A stretch of 61,332 nucleotides of DNA, the filler included, from Sphacelaria rigidula (taxonomy: Eukaryota), in the NCBI GenBank assembly GCA_964200075.2. It is 8 parts of 8 records of this genome, joined end to end, with 100 filler letters (N's around TTAATTAATTAA, not from the genome) between each part and the next. Parts side by side here need not be neighbours in the genome. Positions count along the whole stretch, not along the records: positions 23,038 to 30,616 come from CAXNAA020014250.1; positions 30,717 to 38,295 come from CAXNAA020014251.1; 6 more parts are not named here. One strand, written 5' to 3'. Positions within the stretch are counted from its first letter, which is position 1. The number at the start of each line of letters is the position of its first letter. The notes below the pieces were generated by a model. The model was not told where the DNA came from. It saw nothing but the letters and a program-made list of their open reading frames with translations, and made no database searches. Shown here piece after piece: positions 25,525 through 37,121 of the stretch. Both the position numbers and the translations under genes were made by a program.

Positions 25525-26611
25525 CCGCCTCTGCCTTCACCTCACCTTACGTTTCATTTATTTCCCTCCGCCGAAAGATCATATCTTCGAACTGAAGGGG
25601 CAGCAGCATCCGGATGCCTTCTCACATTCTTCTTGGTGCTTCGGTCGGCACTTGCAGCACAAAGTCCGGTGAGTGAGCGTAAACTCCAGGTCTTGGCAGA
25701 AAACAAAAAGATACGTAACAAATCGTAGCGTCTCTCCTGTCTGCCAGCAGAATAGTGTACCATCTATCTATTGATGCTTGTGTCGTATCGAGCTAGGCCC
25801 CTCACCGGGCAAGCAAAAAGCTGGCAGAAAGCAGGTACATGTATACCCAAACGGTTGTTGTGGCCCTGGTGGAGTCCTTTTGAGAGAGCACCTATCGGTT
25901 ACCGATGCACGAGAAGACGATAGTGTCGGCTACCCTGAGGAGGCCATACGTCGACAACTATTTCTGCTCAACAGTTAGTTCCGCCGCAAACAATGCCGCG
26001 GTGAGGCACGACACTCACCGAGAGCGCATTAATAGGACTTTAAAGATAGCACAAACCGACATGACTGGCGAAATGACATGGAACTCTTATAAAGAGCGGG
26101 CTGGACGCCTAGGCTATCGTATTTTGACCTCACACGAGAGACCGACGAAATCAGGAACCCGAAGAAGAACCTAGAGATCTGGGCCGGAGGGAAGCACGTG
26201 CGTATTTCACTGTCCAAATCAAATGAGTAACTCGGTCATCGTCCGACGAGCTCGTTTGGCCGCGATGGCGTGCAACGAGCGGGGGGTTGTATTTCGACCT
26301 CTTGTTGAAAATATTTTCACTTGGTTCGAAGATGTTGCCGGAACAAACGTTTTTTGCGTGGGATGTTTGCTGCCACCAGCGAGGTCCCCACGCGTATCCG
26401 GTGTGACATGACAAACGCTCCAGTCGCGAAGGGCATCAGTAGCCCCTTGCCATTTAAATCATCACGACCACATCACCTTTTGCACCATGAATATACCAAC
26501 GGGTCCGTAATTGAAACTGTCTCCCTGCCCCCGTGTAATATATATATGTATAGGAGCGCAACCGATATCCGGTGGCCTCTTTGGTTTTTCTCCTTGAAGG
26601 AAGGAGGGAAT

Positions 26612-26658
26612 CTAACCCGATGTGGTCCTCTAAGCACGCGGTCCTCTCACGTATTACA
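26612..26658. mobile_element. Family T MITE, solo terminal fragment
   Basis: GTGGTCCTCTAAGCACGCGGTCCTCTCACGTATTACA only. Confidence 0.75.
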
Positions 26659-26913
26659 AACACGCAAAAGGGTTCGCATGCGCCGCCAGGATGCCCACAA
26701 GGAAGTGCACACATGGAGGAGGGGGGGAAGACCGGGGAGATTGACAGCGGCTAACCCTCTGGACAATAAACGTTCGTAGTGATGAACACAAAGGGTTGCA
26801 GATGAAAAGTACAAAGTGGGACGCCGGCATTGCACAAAGGGCCACCGAAGCTCTTGAGAGCATGGCGGCGCGTGCACTGCGCAAAGTTGACAGGGCGCTC
26901 TAGTGGGTCCGAC

Positions 26914-27129
26914 TGTAATGCGTGAGAGGACTGCGGGCTTAGAGGACCGCATCTGTATTTGAACATCGCTACGTTATGGTTAGGGTTAGGGTTAGGATTA
27001 GAGTTCAAGTTAGGGTCAGGGGCGTGGTCCCTGCAGGGACTGGCCTCGCTGGTTTTGGAGAACGTCGACCCTGGGGTGTTTCGAACAACCATGCGGTCCT
27101 CTGAGCACGCGATCCTCTCACGCATTACA
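26914..27129. mobile_element. Telomere-repeat MITE (family T)
   Basis: Both TIRs present with a TTAGGG run; flanks CCGAC / CCGTC. Confidence 0.9.
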
Positions 27130-27474
27130 CCGTCTCAATGATACAACGTACCCTCCAATCCATGTGTGTAAGGATACATCGTGCAGTTCAACCGAACAAT
27201 TCCAGCTGCGCGAGAATATTTGATTGAGTGTATCTGGAATATGCCTTCACATGCATGTCGAAGCTACATGGCCCAATATTGCGCAGAAGTAAGGCAACAT
27301 AGACCGTTACTCGGCTGTTGGGACGCGATACGGCAGCGGTTCAAATCCAACTTCAAACAGTATGCTGGCAGAACCACCTTTAGTAAGGTAGGTGTCCGGT
27401 TCTTCCAAGCGCTTCTCCTTCTCAACAGGACATGAACACGTACGTTGTAAATGTGAGGCAATGTTGATAAACAC

Positions 27475-27673
27475 TGTAATGCGTGAGAGAACCGCGTGCT
27501 TAGAGGACCGCGCCGTAGTTCAAAACACTTCAGGATCGAAGTTTTTCAAAACCACTCGGGTCAGTCCCAGGAGGTACCACGCCCCTGACTATAACCCTAA
27601 CACTAACCGTAACCGTAACCCTAACCCTGGGGATGTTCGAACTCCGATGCACGCGGTCCTCTCACGCATTACA
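27475..27673. mobile_element. Telomere-repeat MITE (family T), CCCTAA orientation
   Basis: TGTAATGCGTGAGAG...CTCTCACGCATTACA with an AACCCT/AACCGT run; right TIR partly deleted. Confidence 0.85.
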
Positions 27674-28119
27674 ACGGCACATCCTCCCGTGTGGTATATA
27701 TGCGTGAAACTGATGGAAGACGACACTCAATCTGACGCTTGCTGAACATAGTATGATAGGCGCAAAGCCGGAAGCTTTGGCCAGCAGGTGCCCAGCAGCA
27801 TTTCATAGGTACGGCAAGTTACATGGGTGCACGTTGATTTGTCCGTTCATCTAGTCTGTACCAAAACATTGGACATGTGTTGTCACATGTCGTACTGCGC
27901 GTGCTCCGCAACGTCACTTCAATTGTTCTGCGGGGACATTGTGCTGCTGATCATGACGGGAGAACACGGAAACCAAGCAAGCCGATCACAGAAGCATGCC
28001 GTGGCATTTGAGCTGGAATTGCACACATAGATTCCGCCGCGCAAACGTAAAGATGTATACCTTGGAGCACCTGGTCAGCTGTTGCAGTTTCACAAATTCA
28101 GGGGTCGGACCGCGTTGTT

Positions 28120-28337
28120 TGTAATGCATGAGACGACCGCGTGCTTAGAGGATCGCATCGGAATTTGAACATCCCTCCTATGGTTATGGTTAGGATTAGG
28201 GTTAGTTAGTGTTAGGGTTATGGTCAGGGGCGTGGTACTTGCAGGAACTGGTTCGATTGGTTTTGAAAACCGTCGATCCTGAGGTGTTTTGAACTACGGC
28301 GCGGTCCTCTAAGCACGCGGTCCTCTCACGCATTACA
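28120..28337. mobile_element. Telomere-repeat MITE (family T)
   Basis: Both TIRs present with degenerate TTAGGG repeats. Confidence 0.9.
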
Positions 28338-28408
28338 GCGCGCTTGTAGTGTAACTGATTCGTACCATAGGAATCGATTCTTGGCCCTTTTTTTAGCGTT
28401 GCATTCCA

Positions 28409-28615
28409 TGTAATGCTTGGTAGAACCGCGTGCTTTGTGGGCCGCCGCATAGTTCACAACACCCCAGGTTCGACGTTGTTTAATCCCTGCAGGGACCGCG
28501 CCCCTGAACCTAACCTCGACACCAACCCCAACCCTAACCCTGGCCCTAACCCTAACGACGGGAGTGTTTAATTTTCCATGCGCCCCCCTAAGCACGCGGT
28601 CCTCTCACGCATTAC
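28409..28615. mobile_element. Telomere-repeat MITE (family T), diverged, CCCTAA orientation
   Basis: Diverged left TIR TGTAATGCTTGGTAGAACCGCGTGCTT, largely intact right TIR, CCCTAA run. Confidence 0.8.
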
Positions 28616-29036
28616 GGCTGCAAACAATCAACCATATATACACACATATATATATATATCGTTTAAAAAACAGCACCTCGAAATCAGCATTTTTCTATTG
28701 CCAGTACCAAAACGGTTAATAGAGGTATCTCAAACTCGGCTCCCGGTATCCTGGTTTATTCGCCAGCTCTGAGTTGTGTATCATTTTTTCAAGTGAAAGT
28801 GATTGCGATTCATAGGAGGACCTGACCTGGCGGTGAAAGGGTCTCATCATCTGATGAATCGCTGTCACTTCAACTTGAAAAAAAAAAGCAAACCAGGATA
28901 GCGGAAGCCAACGACTTACCCTGAACGGTTACATTTTCGAATGGCTGAGTATATTATTCCGTTCAGGCACAACGGTCCGCCCAGGTGATCTTCCCTGACC
29001 AATGATGTATGATCTCCGACCTGCGTGACACTGTAC

Positions 29037-29192
29037 ATGGGTTAGGGTTAGGGTTAGGGTTAGTGTTGGGTTGAGGTCAGGGCCGTGGTCCCTGCCGGGA
29101 CTGGCCTGATTGGTTTTGAAAAACGTCGATCCTGAGAGGTGATTTGGACCACGATGCGATCCTCTAAGCACGCGGTCCTCTCACGCATTGCA
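29037..29192. mobile_element. Family T MITE, truncated at the TTAGGG run
   Basis: Begins with (GGGTTA)4 and ends CTCTCACGCATTGCA; the left TIR is absent. Confidence 0.8.
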
Positions 29193-29458
29193 GCGGGGCG
29201 CTTGATGCGGAACAGCCAAACGTCAAATCCCAATTGTCATTTGCCTACCGCATTATGTAGAACCTTCTTATGCACATGATACAGCAATGCTCACTACACC
29301 TCTAAGTTATAGTCTAGTGGATATATACCAAGGTTTGTCGTTTCTTTGCACATCCGAATACGAAAAAAAACGGCAACCCACGACCGCGAAATGATACGAA
29401 ATACACCGTGGCTTGCTACGACCTGGGCCAGCCGAAAAGCGAGTTTGTGGTTTGCAGG

Positions 29459-29712
29459 CCCATTCACCGGCCAATATTCAGAATTGGATGCTGAAATTTG
29501 GTGTGGGCAATAAATAGGGCAAAATAAAAACAAATACCAGTGTATACAAGTTTTTTTGTTTTCATGTGTTGGAGAGCGATTTACTGAAAACTAATTATTT
29601 CCCCTTACTAATGAAAAAAACTTGCGTGCACTGACATTTCTTCTTCTCATGCCCTATTCATTATCCATACCAAATTTCAGGGTCCAACTCTAAATATTGA
29701 CCGGTGAATGGG
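29459..29712. repeat. Foldback inverted repeat, with a third diverged direct copy at about 29750-29870
   Basis: CCCATTCACCGGCCAATATT...AATAGGGC versus GCCCTATT...AATATTGACCGGTGAATGGG. Confidence 0.75.
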
Positions 29713-30419
29713 ATGTTTATTGATGGGGCCGGAAGAAATTCGGAACATTGTTTTGCAGGCCACTTACCGGCCCACGTTTGGTGTTTGCGTGTTGAAACTT
29801 TATGTGGGCCGTGGCTACGGTATTATTGACAAAACAAAGTGAGTCAGGTTGACTTTTTTTCATTTGTTTAGGATGTTTTAGTATGAAAACGACTAACTTT
29901 TTATGAGAACACCCAAACCTCTCCCACCCAAAAATGAGGGCCCATTTCTTTTTTATTCACCATACCTCTGTGTTTTTTTTTCCTGAGTTTCAAATCACAA
30001 TTCTGAAAGTTGATAAAAAAAGAAGAAGACAAGGCTCAGGAGTAGTGTTCATTTCACCTCAAAACTACCCTGAAAACAGGAGAATAAATGGGAAAAAAAC
30101 GACAAAAAGAATAAACAAAAGCTGTGCCTTTCAGCTTTATTATACACCATCGGTTCTCCACGCGAAATTTCATAGCATATCTCTTGCAAGCTGACACGGG
30201 TTATCCATATTTAGCTTATCTACTGTCTCTGCTCGTACTGTATTGATTTTAGTATGGAAATTCATGTGGGCCATATCTCGAGATAGACAACGAATTAGGT
30301 GAAGTTATAGGTATCTGTGGTCTCGTGCTCCAGGGAATATCCACACCGAAAGTCGTCGTCACCCGCTGAATGTATGGATTGTGGGGTAAATATGGATGTT
30401 AGTGTCGACGCTGTCTCAT

Positions 30420-30600
30420 TTAAACAGCGGATCCTAATTTTTGGGGTCGATCTCTAAAATGGGGTTGAAGTGGCATTTCTCTCTTGCAAGGAAGACGCGA
30501 AACACTTGCGACCGAGCGAAGCCATCTTCCCCCCCAAATCTCCGCAGCAATTGAGCAGCTGTGGCTAGATGCACCTAACGAATGCGGTGTGCACACGTGT
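30420..30600. repeat. Dispersed repeat; second copy at about 37930-38110
   Basis: Shared AAGTGGCAT...GAGCGAA(G/A)CCATCT...GCAG(C/T)TGTGGCTAG(A/G)TGC...AACGAATGCGGTGT. Confidence 0.7.
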
Positions 30601-30824
30601 CGATGACGATATCACCNNNNNNNNNNNNNNNNNNNNNNNNNNNNNNNNNNNNNNNNNNNNTTAATTAATTAANNNNNNNNNNNNNNNNNNNNNNNNNNNN
30701 NNNNNNNNNNNNNNNNAAGCACTGTTCTAGGCTTGAACCTCATCTCGGAGTTAAACCTCAATTCGCACAATCTGTTGTTTATTGCTACTCCAATATGTTT
30801 GTGATGGTCGGTTCCCTCGTGTTT

Positions 30825-31165
30825 TGCTCGCTCGATATACATTTGACGCATTGACGCACGACATAATGGGGCGGCAATATATATTTGCGCTTCGGGTGTT
30901 GAGTACGTTGAACCGTCAATATATTGAGCTCGTTTGGCAGCCAATACATTACTCCAAAATTACATATTGGTGCCTTATCGTATCAAAATGTGACTCGGCC
31001 AATATATATTTCGAGGTGGAGAGTGTCGTGATGTATTACTCGGTCGATATTTATTGCATGTTGCGAGCCTGGACATATTGATGATACAAAGCATGTTGAC
31101 CTATCTCTCTTGCCATCCTATTGCTCGCTCAATATATATTGGCTACCCGACGAGTCGGTATGTTG
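30825..31165. repeat. Decayed tandem array with a period of about 43 bp
   Basis: A CTCG...CAATATATATT-like motif recurs at about 43-nt spacing. Confidence 0.45.
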
Positions 31166-31189
31166 AGCGGGCAAAACATATTACGTATT

Positions 31190-32940
31190 TTATTGTCCAA
31201 GGTGTGGATCTTTCACAAGGAGTTGGAGGAGGATGTACGCTATCACCCACTTTATTCGAGATATATATATATTAATGACCTGATCAGTTCAAGAGAAGCA
31301 GCAAAGCACAGAATCAAGGTGGAGAAAGATACGATATCGGGATTGATATTTCGCCGATGATTTCGTGGGGATTTTAGGAGCACCGCAACGACTGCAGAAA
31401 TAATAGAGAAGGCGCTGCAATACACTAGGGAATGGAGAGTGACAGCGACCGTACACAAATACGCGGTACTTGTGTGCGTCAAAGATGAAGAGAATCAGGT
31501 AGAGTTCAAACGTCAGTGGGGAGAAGAGGATTGCCGACTGTAGACCGGTATACATACCTTGGCGTTGAGATCTCAAAACAGTGTTCTGGGGATGCACGCA
31601 CAAGCACAGGAACAGAAAAGGGCAAGGCACAGATAGGCAAGATGGACGTGATCTAAAGAGACTCGCAAGCCCATACTAGGATAAAAGATGTGCACTGATG
31701 AATGTGATTGTCCCGCAGCTGGAATATTCAGGAGAAGTACGGAGAGAGAAGGCGAAGCTCATGAAGACGCTGGAAACCGTACAGACGGCAGCGGCTAAGA
31801 TAATGCTCTAGAACGACGATTGATAACGTATTGAGAGCAGAACTTAGGAAAGACGATTGATAACGTATTTACACCCTTGAAAACAAAGACATGAGGAAAT
31901 GGAAATGGCAATATAACGTAAGAAACATACCAAGGACAATATTGCCAGCCACAGTCGTTAGGGCTGTGTGAAAAACGAATAGAAAAGGGCACTCTGGAAT
32001 GTAGTCGAAGAAGTATTGAAAACAGTAGGATGAACCCAAGACGACGATAATGTCTATAGGTGAACGTGTGAAGCACATGGCAAAGATAAAAGGTATGAGA
32101 GAAATGAGGGGGAAAGGAGCGCCAAGCCGGAAAGTAGACGAGGCAGAGCACCCGAAGATATCGGGGGGTTGAGAAAGGAGATAGGGATAGAAACACATCC
32201 GCACGGTCCAATGAACTCCGCCGAAAAAATGAAATCGGGCGAGGGATCTGGACATGTCAGAGAGAAGGGAGAGGAATACCATCAGTCGGGTGGAGAGGCA
32301 AGTAGACGCACAGAAGTACCCCTGGAGTAAGGTAATTGGGGGCAAAACCCATGTAAACAACGTTTTCGTGAAATCGAGAGTAGCGCGCTGATTGAGAGTG
32401 GTTTTGATCACTCGCTTTAACATAGCCAATTTTTCATCCCGTACGTGCTTTTCTTCGCCTCCACCCCTTGCGTGAGCCCACAGCTGCACGTCGATATCCT
32501 ACTCAAGGATATTAAGGGCCTCAGTGGCAAGCTACTACAGAAAGCATATTGGGTCCCGTGGAGGGGCATTTCGGAACTGAAACGATTCACTCACTATTTG
32601 GCCGCTTTTCACTCTCAATCGTATCCTCTACTCTCAAATTCACGAAAACACGGTTTGTAGTGGCAGATTGTGAATTACACGAGGAGGAACAGTGTTAGTG
32701 GGGGAAATGTGGGAAGTAAACAAAGATAGCATGAAATCGTTTGGTACATTGGACAAAGGAATAGATGGTGGCCACGGACGGCGAGTCAGGATGGGGACAA
32801 GATTTTCAAAATATTCGTGCGTGATGTATGAAAGAAACTCAATGAGCGATCAAATTTAGAAGGTGTCTCTATGCGAACGAGCAACGGTACTCAGTATCGG
32901 AAGGGATGCGTGGTCAGTGGTCAACAACCTGAGGCAAGCA
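31190..32940 (+). mobile_element. Decayed LINE (non-LTR) reverse transcriptase and C-terminal region, interrupted by a MITE
   Basis: QGV..GCTLSPTLF..YINDLI, then FADDFVG (about 31349) and YLGV (about 31555), with frameshifts and stops; antisense to, and probably in an intron of, the GDSL-like gene. Confidence 0.85.
32358..32653. mobile_element. MITE (family M); other copies at 46910-47201 and a partial one ending about 23390
   Basis: TIR CAA(T/C)GTTTTCGTGA(A/G)ATTGAGAGTAG...CTACTCTCAA...TCACGAAAAC. Confidence 0.8.
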
Positions 32941-32978
32941 ACGAGTGAGTACGTCCCAGCCTCCCTTCATGCCCTCAC

Positions 32979-33080
32979 CCCGGTGGGGAAGTCCTCCCCG
33001 TCGCCTGTGTATCCCACGCACGGATCGAGAGAGCGGAACGTACTGGTGGCGGAGGCCGAAGAAGTGGCGTAGTTCAGCTC
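32979..33080 (-). CDS. GDSL/SGNH-like protein, exon with block II
   Basis: TTTCTGACAG acceptor, 102 nt, phase 0-0, ELNYATSSASAT...GEDFPTG (compare NYAVGGA), GTGAGG donor. Confidence 0.8.
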
Positions 33081-33189
33081 CTGTCAGAAACCGAAAACGC
33101 GCGAGTATCTAGTGTTGTTCACAGAAGAACACGGTAATTTCAATCCAGTCGTTTACCTGACCAACACGAAGCGACAAATGGCTTTCACA

Positions 33190-33357
33190 GGGACGACCTT
33201 ATGCCCCTCGACCTCCCTGAAACTAGTTTTTGGGGTTTCCCGTCTTCCGTTTGTTTCCCCGAAGGGTATGTGAGAAGCACCTTTTCGCCGCGATTTCGGG
33301 AAGATGTGAAACCCCCGAAAACCGTTTCAGGGGGATCGAGGGGCGTCGGTTCGTTCA
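33190..33357. repeat. Small imperfect foldback
   Basis: GCCCCTCGACCTCCCTGAAAC...GGGGTTTCCCGTCTTCC versus GGAAGATGTGAAACCCCC...GTTTCAGGGGGATCGAGGGGC. Confidence 0.6.
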
Positions 33358-34306
33358 TAAGAAAGTCAATTTCCATCATTTACGAACAGGGAAAGCGCCG
33401 TTTTGAAATTGAATCTCATTTAAATGTTCGACCTCATTTTCGGAACTGATCTGTTATAATGTCATAAAGAGACGTTGCTGTAGATCAATTGCCAGTGCTC
33501 ACTCAGCGTATACTTGCAATATTACAGCCCAATATCCCCGATCCGTCCTAGAAACACAACCAAAACATCGACCAAAAGCACAACCGGTCAAAAATGATGA
33601 TCAATGCCCGGTGATGAAAGTGAAAATAGTAAGTAAAAACACAGGGAACGTAAATGATACTAATTTACGACTAATCCTTCAAGCACCAGGAGATGGACGC
33701 CTGACTATTGCAATCATTTTGCTGACCAGCACAAGACATTTTCTACGTAAAATGTGTCTCGACTAGACAGATCGGCACACGCGGGAAGTCAAAGGTCTGA
33801 CTACAACTCTTTTGATTGATTCATGTGAGTGTTTGGTTGTCGCACATGAACTGGTCTTCTGCGAGTCCAGCAGTGGTCACTGTTGAGACTTGGGAGAGTG
33901 TTTGATTCTGCCTTTGGCGCCAAGTGTAGCGCCAGTGAAAACCATCTGCGCTCCTTTTTCATACACGAAGCACGTGTTTCACCAGAACTGTGCATCCTCT
34001 GCGAGCACGCTCGTAAGAGGTGGGTACACCCAACCGTTGTTCCTGTCTTCTGATAGTTGAACACTGTGCTGTATATTTTTGTACACAGGTAGGTCAAATT
34101 TCCAATAGTCACAACATGGACGTGACCCGAAGTAAACAAATGGAGAAAGCAGACGAAGAATCGCCGGGGATTTGAATGCGGCTGGATTAATAGCGAATCA
34201 GCTCCTCAATCTGAGACAACCAATCAACAAAGACAAGGATCGCGACTTGATTCCTGTAATCAATTTTATCGGACAAGCGTTGACCGGTAACATGGGTCAA
34301 ACTCAC

Positions 34307-34387
34307 GTCGGGGATGAGCAGCCATTGGGGCCAGACCTTCCCGTTGGTAACCGAGCCAACGTGAGGAAGGAATGCGTCGAGGATAAT
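34307..34387 (-). CDS. GDSL/SGNH-like protein, next exon
   Basis: Pyrimidine tract and ACAG acceptor, 81 nt, phase 0-0, IILDAFLPHVGSVTNGKVWPQWLLIPD (compare GRFSNG.VW..YL), GTGAGT donor. Too short for the supplied ORF track. Confidence 0.8.
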
Positions 34388-34491
34388 CTGTACGGCACAG
34401 GAATGAGAAAGGAAAGAAAGAGAGAGGAAGAAGGGAAAACGCGACAGACCGATGACACAAGCTAGATATCATATATCGTTGTACTGCCTGG

Positions 34492-34496
<5 letters not shown>

Positions 34497-34532
<36 letters not shown>
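34497..34532. repeat. (AG)n microsatellite
   Basis: Direct reading. Confidence 0.95.
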
Positions 34533-34535
<3 letters not shown>

Positions 34536-35499
34536 TTTAGACGACACATCAGGGGTTGGTCGCAGCGGATCTTTCGTGGGCCTATTTTTCATCTTATTCT
34601 CTCTATCGCCGTTGGTCCTGAGCGGTGACCATGGGCTTCAAGAATGATCGTTTTCCCTCGTAATTGTTTCGGGCACTTGTATTTCCAACCAACTGAGGAT
34701 CCTGGAAAATGGTGTTGAATTTTCGAAGAAGATGGCTGACTACACCTTCCGCAAGTCCGCATTTTGCCCCGAGGAGCTTTGCAACAACAACCAACCTAGG
34801 ACTTGATTTTTGTGTTCAAACTTCCCTAGCCTGCCTTGTCGTGCATTGCCGCTCCGGTCTCGAAGTCATACGTATATCGTTTCGTATACTCGAAACGGTT
34901 CTCACGCGTTGAGAGGAGGAAATTTCACCGGCCTCCTCCAGGTATCTTGAAAAATTGTCCCGGGTTTTTTTCTAACGTGTCTCGAAAGATGAAACAAGGA
35001 ATACTTTCATGAGAAGTAAAGTGCCGCTGTTCGTGATTCGGGGGAGAAATTCCGAAGCGGGAAACGCGTTTATAGGTTTATACATGAGAAAAATCATAGG
35101 TGAGAAATCAACTGCCCTTGGCGAATTTTTGTGGGGCTCGAAAGAAAACCTCCGACATCATCTTCAAGGATGAGGGAATCCAAAGAAAGCGACATTCCTA
35201 ACCTGGTGAGAGCCGTTTCGAATATACGAAAGAAGAAAAAGATGGCGTGAGAGACCGGAGCAACGATGTGTCACAAGGCGAGCCGCGAGAACGTTCAACA
35301 GACAGAAAATTCTCAGTTGGTTGTTTCAAAACTGCTCCGGAGAAAATGTGAACCTCCGGGAGGTGTGTTTAACCCCATTTGAAAACTCAACTCCATTTTC
35401 CAGGGTCCTCTCTTTGATCTTGCATGTATGAGACTATTGACCTCACATTGGCATAGAGTCGAAACGAAGCGCGCCGAGTTTGCACGGAACCATGCTCGC

Positions 35500-36220
35500 A
35501 ATCAATTACCAAGCGCGAAGCGCGGTGATTTGTTCGGCGAGTCGCATGAAGGGTGACATGCATCCTCCGAAGGTTGTTCGGCCCAAAGCGTACTGATTAT
35601 CTGGCAAATGGATGATCGCCTCGAATGAGTTACTCCATCTTCTGGTATCGTCACTTCCAGGGACAACCTCGGGATACAGCACGTCATGGGTGTCTCACGA
35701 TCAATAAGCTACCTAGTGCGGCCATCCCCTATGCGCGGAATTCGGGTTCTCCCACCGGCACAATACGATCTAGATCGACCACCGTCATTTTCACGGCAAA
35801 CAAGCGCAAGCGAATAACCCCCGGGAAGCTGATTGGTCAGCTCAACCAGTGAGTGGCATGTTCTACAGCGTCACTACCCAACCAACGTCACCCCTTTATC
35901 CGGGGGCGAGCGGGATGTACTCATGATGCTGCATGCCGTAGTCATATGACCACTGATCTCTCGCATCCCTACAAAGCCGGGACGGAGCACGCCGGGTTTT
36001 CGCCGGACCAGGCTCGTAGTCAATCACCAAGCGCGAAACGCCGTCATGCATCGGCGAGTCGCATGAAGGGCGAGCTACACCCTACTAAGATTGTTCGGTC
36101 CGAAGCGTACTGATCATCTTGCATTTGATAGACGACCTTCAATGACCTGCTTCATTTTCTGATATCGCAGCTTCCAGAGACAGCCACGGGTTCCACGCTG
36201 CCTCATGGGTGTCTCACCAT
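35500..36220. repeat. Two nearby copies of dispersed repeat R1 (about 35500-35700 and 35900-36220)
   Basis: Shared CCAAGCGCGAA..CGGCGAGTCGCATGAAGGG..TTGTTCGG..AGCGTACTGA..CATGGGTGTCTCAC; also at about 54350-54955. Confidence 0.75.
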
Positions 36221-36693
36221 TTACACACTAATGAAGGGGGGCGGGGGGGATGCAAAGTTTGATATATTTTGTGCGAGCTCTATAGAGGCGGTACCGTGCG
36301 ACACTGCAATAAAATGACGTGGTGTTTCATTACAATTTGACCACACACCACAGTTCAGCAACCGTGGAACTCGAGTCCTACACAAAACTTCAACTGTAAC
36401 CTGAAACGGGGGGAGTGTGAGGGCCGGGGATTATGTACAAAAAGTCGACATTTCATCGGCCGCGGATATTTTTCAGTGAAACGCATTCGAGACATTGATC
36501 CAGAAATCCTGTGCTGTACGATGATCCAAAAAAAAATGTAGCGTTTCAGTTGCTCGCACACGACACAGACAGCCCGGTACAAAAGGAATAACAATCTCAA
36601 ATTATCTGTACACCGGGTACGATAAAACGTACAGGCTACCTCGTCATTCTATTCCGGTTCTTTATGTTTCTTCAACATAGTATTAGAGTGTAC

Positions 36694-36816
36694 CTCAGGG
36701 TCCTCCGCATCGTAGAGCTTTTCCCACGGGAACTTGCCGATCTCCGAGAAGTTGAAGCTGGCAGGGGCGGCGAATCTTCTGCCCGCGTCCGAGAGGGCGT
36801 CTCCAAACACGACCAT
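36694..36816 (-). CDS. GDSL/SGNH-hydrolase-like protein, exon with block I (GDAL instead of GDSL)
   Basis: TGCAG acceptor, 123 nt, phase 0-0, MVVFGDALSDAGRRFAAP...DPE, donor GAG|GTACAC. Confidence 0.8.
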
Positions 36817-37052
36817 CTGCATTGAGGTGCACCGCACAATACTTTGGCTGCAATGAAGTGGGCATCATGTACGTTCTCTTAGCCGCCACAAATCTGACCG
36901 TGATTTCTCAACAGGTAAAGAGATGTGCCAGCATTCGAGTACCTATAAACGCTCGCTCGCCAAGCACAATAAATTCTATAATAAAAAGGAGAAACATCAA
37001 CAGGAATAAGAATGTAGGCCTGAACGTAAATAGACCTTGTTGTTTCTCTCAC

Positions 37053-37121
37053 CACGGGTTCGGAGTAAGTGCTCAGGATGGTAAGGGGACGTCTACAACG
37101 AACGAAACGGATGCTCTCCAT
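37053..37121 (-). CDS. Possible upstream exon of the GDSL-like gene
   Basis: ATG plus a 23-codon frame (MESIRFV...YSEPV) ending at a phase-0 GTGAGA donor; phase-compatible, but no homology support. Confidence 0.3.

Larger units (their letters stand above)
24413..28030 (+). pseudogene. Decayed, intron-containing Mutator-like (MULE/MuDR) transposase
   Basis: Ordered fragments resemble MuDR architecture: GGPSRNTFKPALVQYAAENGG...NVQV (24413-24545) and C..RLAKSQEDGEF (N-terminal DNA-binding region); IWSQLATAGLQLP; exon 25578-25668 (FSHSSWCFG, GTGAGT donor); LRRPYV/QLFLL and NRTLKIAQ..GE (first catalytic block, frameshifted); LIECIWN...VRQHRP (27181-27387, GTAGGT donor); GEHGNQAS. Matched by eye only. 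Confidence 0.55.

Noticed and set aside
29037..29075. True telomere or chromosome end
   Set aside because: A short tract belonging to a family T MITE, with unique sequence on both sides.
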